Shown here in pieces: positions 61,831 through 64,000 of a stretch of DNA of 64,000 nucleotides (positions are counted from its first letter, which is position 1; every line of letters begins with the position of its first letter). Below the pieces are notes generated by a model, which was given only the letters and a program-made list of their open reading frames with translations, had not been told where the DNA came from and did no database searches. Location of the stretch: the NCBI GenBank assembly GCA_976551045.1, contig CDPCPM010000114.1, positions 21,080,001 to 21,144,000 on the forward strand. Reading direction: 5' to 3'. The DNA is from Glaucostegus cemiculus (lineage: Eukaryota). The position numbers and the translations under genes are program-made.

Positions 61831-63359
61831 CACTAGACCCGTTCCCACCGAGTCTGTGCCAAACATCAAGCATCCATTTACACTAACCCCATTTTATTCT
61901 CTCCATGTTCCCATCCAGCTTCTCCCAGGTTTTACCACTCACCTACACACTAGGGGTAATTTACAGTAGCCAACTAACCCACTAACCCACATGTCATTGG
62001 GATGTGGGAGGGACCCAGAGGAAGCCCATGCAGTCACAGAGAGAATGTGCAAACACCACTCAAACAGCACCCCCATGTCAGGATTGAACCCCAGATGCTG
62101 GAGCTGTGAGGCAGCAGCTCAACTAGCTACACCACTGTGCCACCAATATCCCTCAGTCGGCTCTGCCTCTGGCCATTACCTCGAGAATGTGACGATGGCA
62201 ATTTGAGCACCAAGTCATTCAGTTTGTGCCCAACTCTTTCCTGATGCAACATACAAAAGCAGCTCCAATCCTATTGTCTGGATTAACATTAGAAGCCAAC
62301 ACCAGGGGTGCTCACAGAATACGACACAGCAGCAAGTGTGCTAATAAAAGCAATCTCCACCGGAGCTGAGAGCAAAACATTCCATTCTCAGGCCATCCAC
62401 CACCAGGTGTTCCAAGTGTTTGCATTACAACAGTTAAAGGCCGTTTTGTCTTGCTAATTGTAAACGCAGGATTGTAAAAAACCTCCACACTTCCTGATCA
62501 GGAATCACATTGCTGCCTGGCACTGCAACCCATTTAACCAAGATGTTAAGCAAAAGGATTGCACAAGATTAGGATCAGGACTGCACAATGTACCACTGGA
62601 AATACAGAGCACCTGTTTTAATATTCCAGGAAAAAAAATCAGTGCAAACATATAGTCCAATCACCTCTTTTCCTAGAGTTATTGTTTCCATTCTAATCTT
62701 ATTTGCACCTGTAAGTTTGCCTCTGGAGCACTTTATTTACAGCTTCTACATTCAAGTTGCTCCACACAAGTCTCCAAAAGCAGTACCTTTGTAAACCTTT
62801 ACTTCCACCTAGTTCTGCACTGCACTAACAGCTCTAGAAAACACAACTTTCATTTGAGGAGCAAATGTGAGTTTACAGTGTATTGTCAAAGCCTGGATTG
62901 TATGGGATTCAAGACCTCTGAACTGTGGCCTAAACTGAATTCAAACTGCAGCCCCTCGGGGGCAGAGAAAGTGGTGGGGTGGGGGTTTATAGTGTTTGAA
63001 CAAATGTTCAGTTGCGTGATTTAAACAGGTAGGATTAAGGAGGAGCAGGAAAAAATCAGGAACATGCTCATTAACAGGGGTGAAGGCACAATCAGTCAAG
63101 GAAAGAGACCTTCCAACTCTAAGTTGGAGTGTATTGCATTAATTTTAAAGAAATATTGAGACCTAAAATGATGAAACAACCCACTACCAATCTACCCACC
63201 AGCCTCTCTGGCAGACCACTACAATTCTGCAATATTTCCCCTCATTCTGGGCAAGTTCTTATACTTCCGTCTGTCTGATTCTGCATCTACTGTCTGCTTG
63301 AAGAGCACCTGAAACATTGCACTATAACACTAGTGTCAGGCAAACCTTGCAAGTTAAAT

Positions 63360-63600
63360 CAAAGCCCCGTTTTCCCCTAGAGGTAAAAGATCCCATGACA
63401 TTTTTTGGTGAAGCAGGGGAGTTTCCTCGGGCCTCCTGGCCACTTTCATCCCTCAGTCAGCATCACTAAATTAGATCATCCAGTTGTTCCTTGAAGGACC
63501 TTGGTGGACGCTATTCACTTGCCACATTACATCAGGGACCACACTTCGTAAAAGTATTTCATTAGTTACTGAATTTTGTAGCATGCTGAGAAATGCCATG
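63360..63600 (+). mobile_element. DeuSINE remnant
   Basis: gtaaaagatcccatgacattttttggtgaagcaggggagtttcctc...ctggccactttcatccctcagtcagcatcactaaa. Confidence 0.65.
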
Positions 63601-63865
63601 ACCTCCAGGTGCAGTTGACAAAGGTAGGCAGTCCAGAGGTTGAGTCCAAACCTTCATACAGAGCATAGGGACAACCCTAGGCCATTTGGCCTCTCAAGAA
63701 ACTTCTGCCCTTCAATTGGATTACAGCTGATCCGTATGTTAATTCCATTTACTTGCCGTAGTTCCCTATGCATTAGTGGCCCTCGCACAATAAAAACACG
63801 CTCATCTTATTTTTAAGCACCGAGATGGAGAGTGTGGGTTCGAATTGCCGTACTGGGCCATGATG

Positions 63866-64000
63866 CAATCACTTCAACAGTGCATCTGTAGCAGTTTGTT
63901 GAAGTATTTGGTGACATGCCAAATCTCCCTGAGCTTCTGAGAAAGGACAGGCACTGGCGAGCCTTCTACGTGATTGCCTCCATGCACTGGGCCCAGGACA
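63866..64000 (-). mobile_element. Rex1/Babar RT fragment running off the window end
   Basis: Minus strand encodes SWAQCMEAIT*KARQCLSFLRS...GMSPNTSTNCYRCTVE-like peptide. Confidence 0.65.

Noticed and set aside
44278-64000. Shroom first coding exon (GGAPWGF motif)
   Set aside because: Not found in the window; presumably lies beyond position 64000

Overview
Vertebrate, repeat-dense (roughly half recognisable transposon debris), mostly intronic DNA. The repeat complement (CR1 LINEs, HE1-like V-SINEs, SacSINE1-like DeuSINEs, Rex1/Babar LINEs, Penelope-derived palindromes) points to a cartilaginous fish (shark/ray). The only confidently recognised host coding sequence is one 152-bp minus-strand exon (44126-44277) encoding the C-terminal part of a PDZ domain most similar to SHROOM2, so the window most likely lies in the two long introns flanking that exon. 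Nearly all ORFs in the supplied track are retroelement fragments or chance ORFs. The most interesting signals are: (1) a dispersed family of Penelope-derived elements carrying minimal hammerhead-ribozyme motifs, including a recurrent non-canonical CUGAUGC core, often as head-to-head palindromes; (2) six Rex1/Babar insertions, five of whose target sites resemble or overlap the element's own 3' tail repeat; (3) two candidate alternative promoters/first exons downstream of the PDZ exon that could give PDZ-less Shroom isoforms; (4) a 420-bp solo LTR and an unexplained ~46-60 bp inverted repeat. Repeat boundaries are approximate unless junctions are quoted. No database searches were run.
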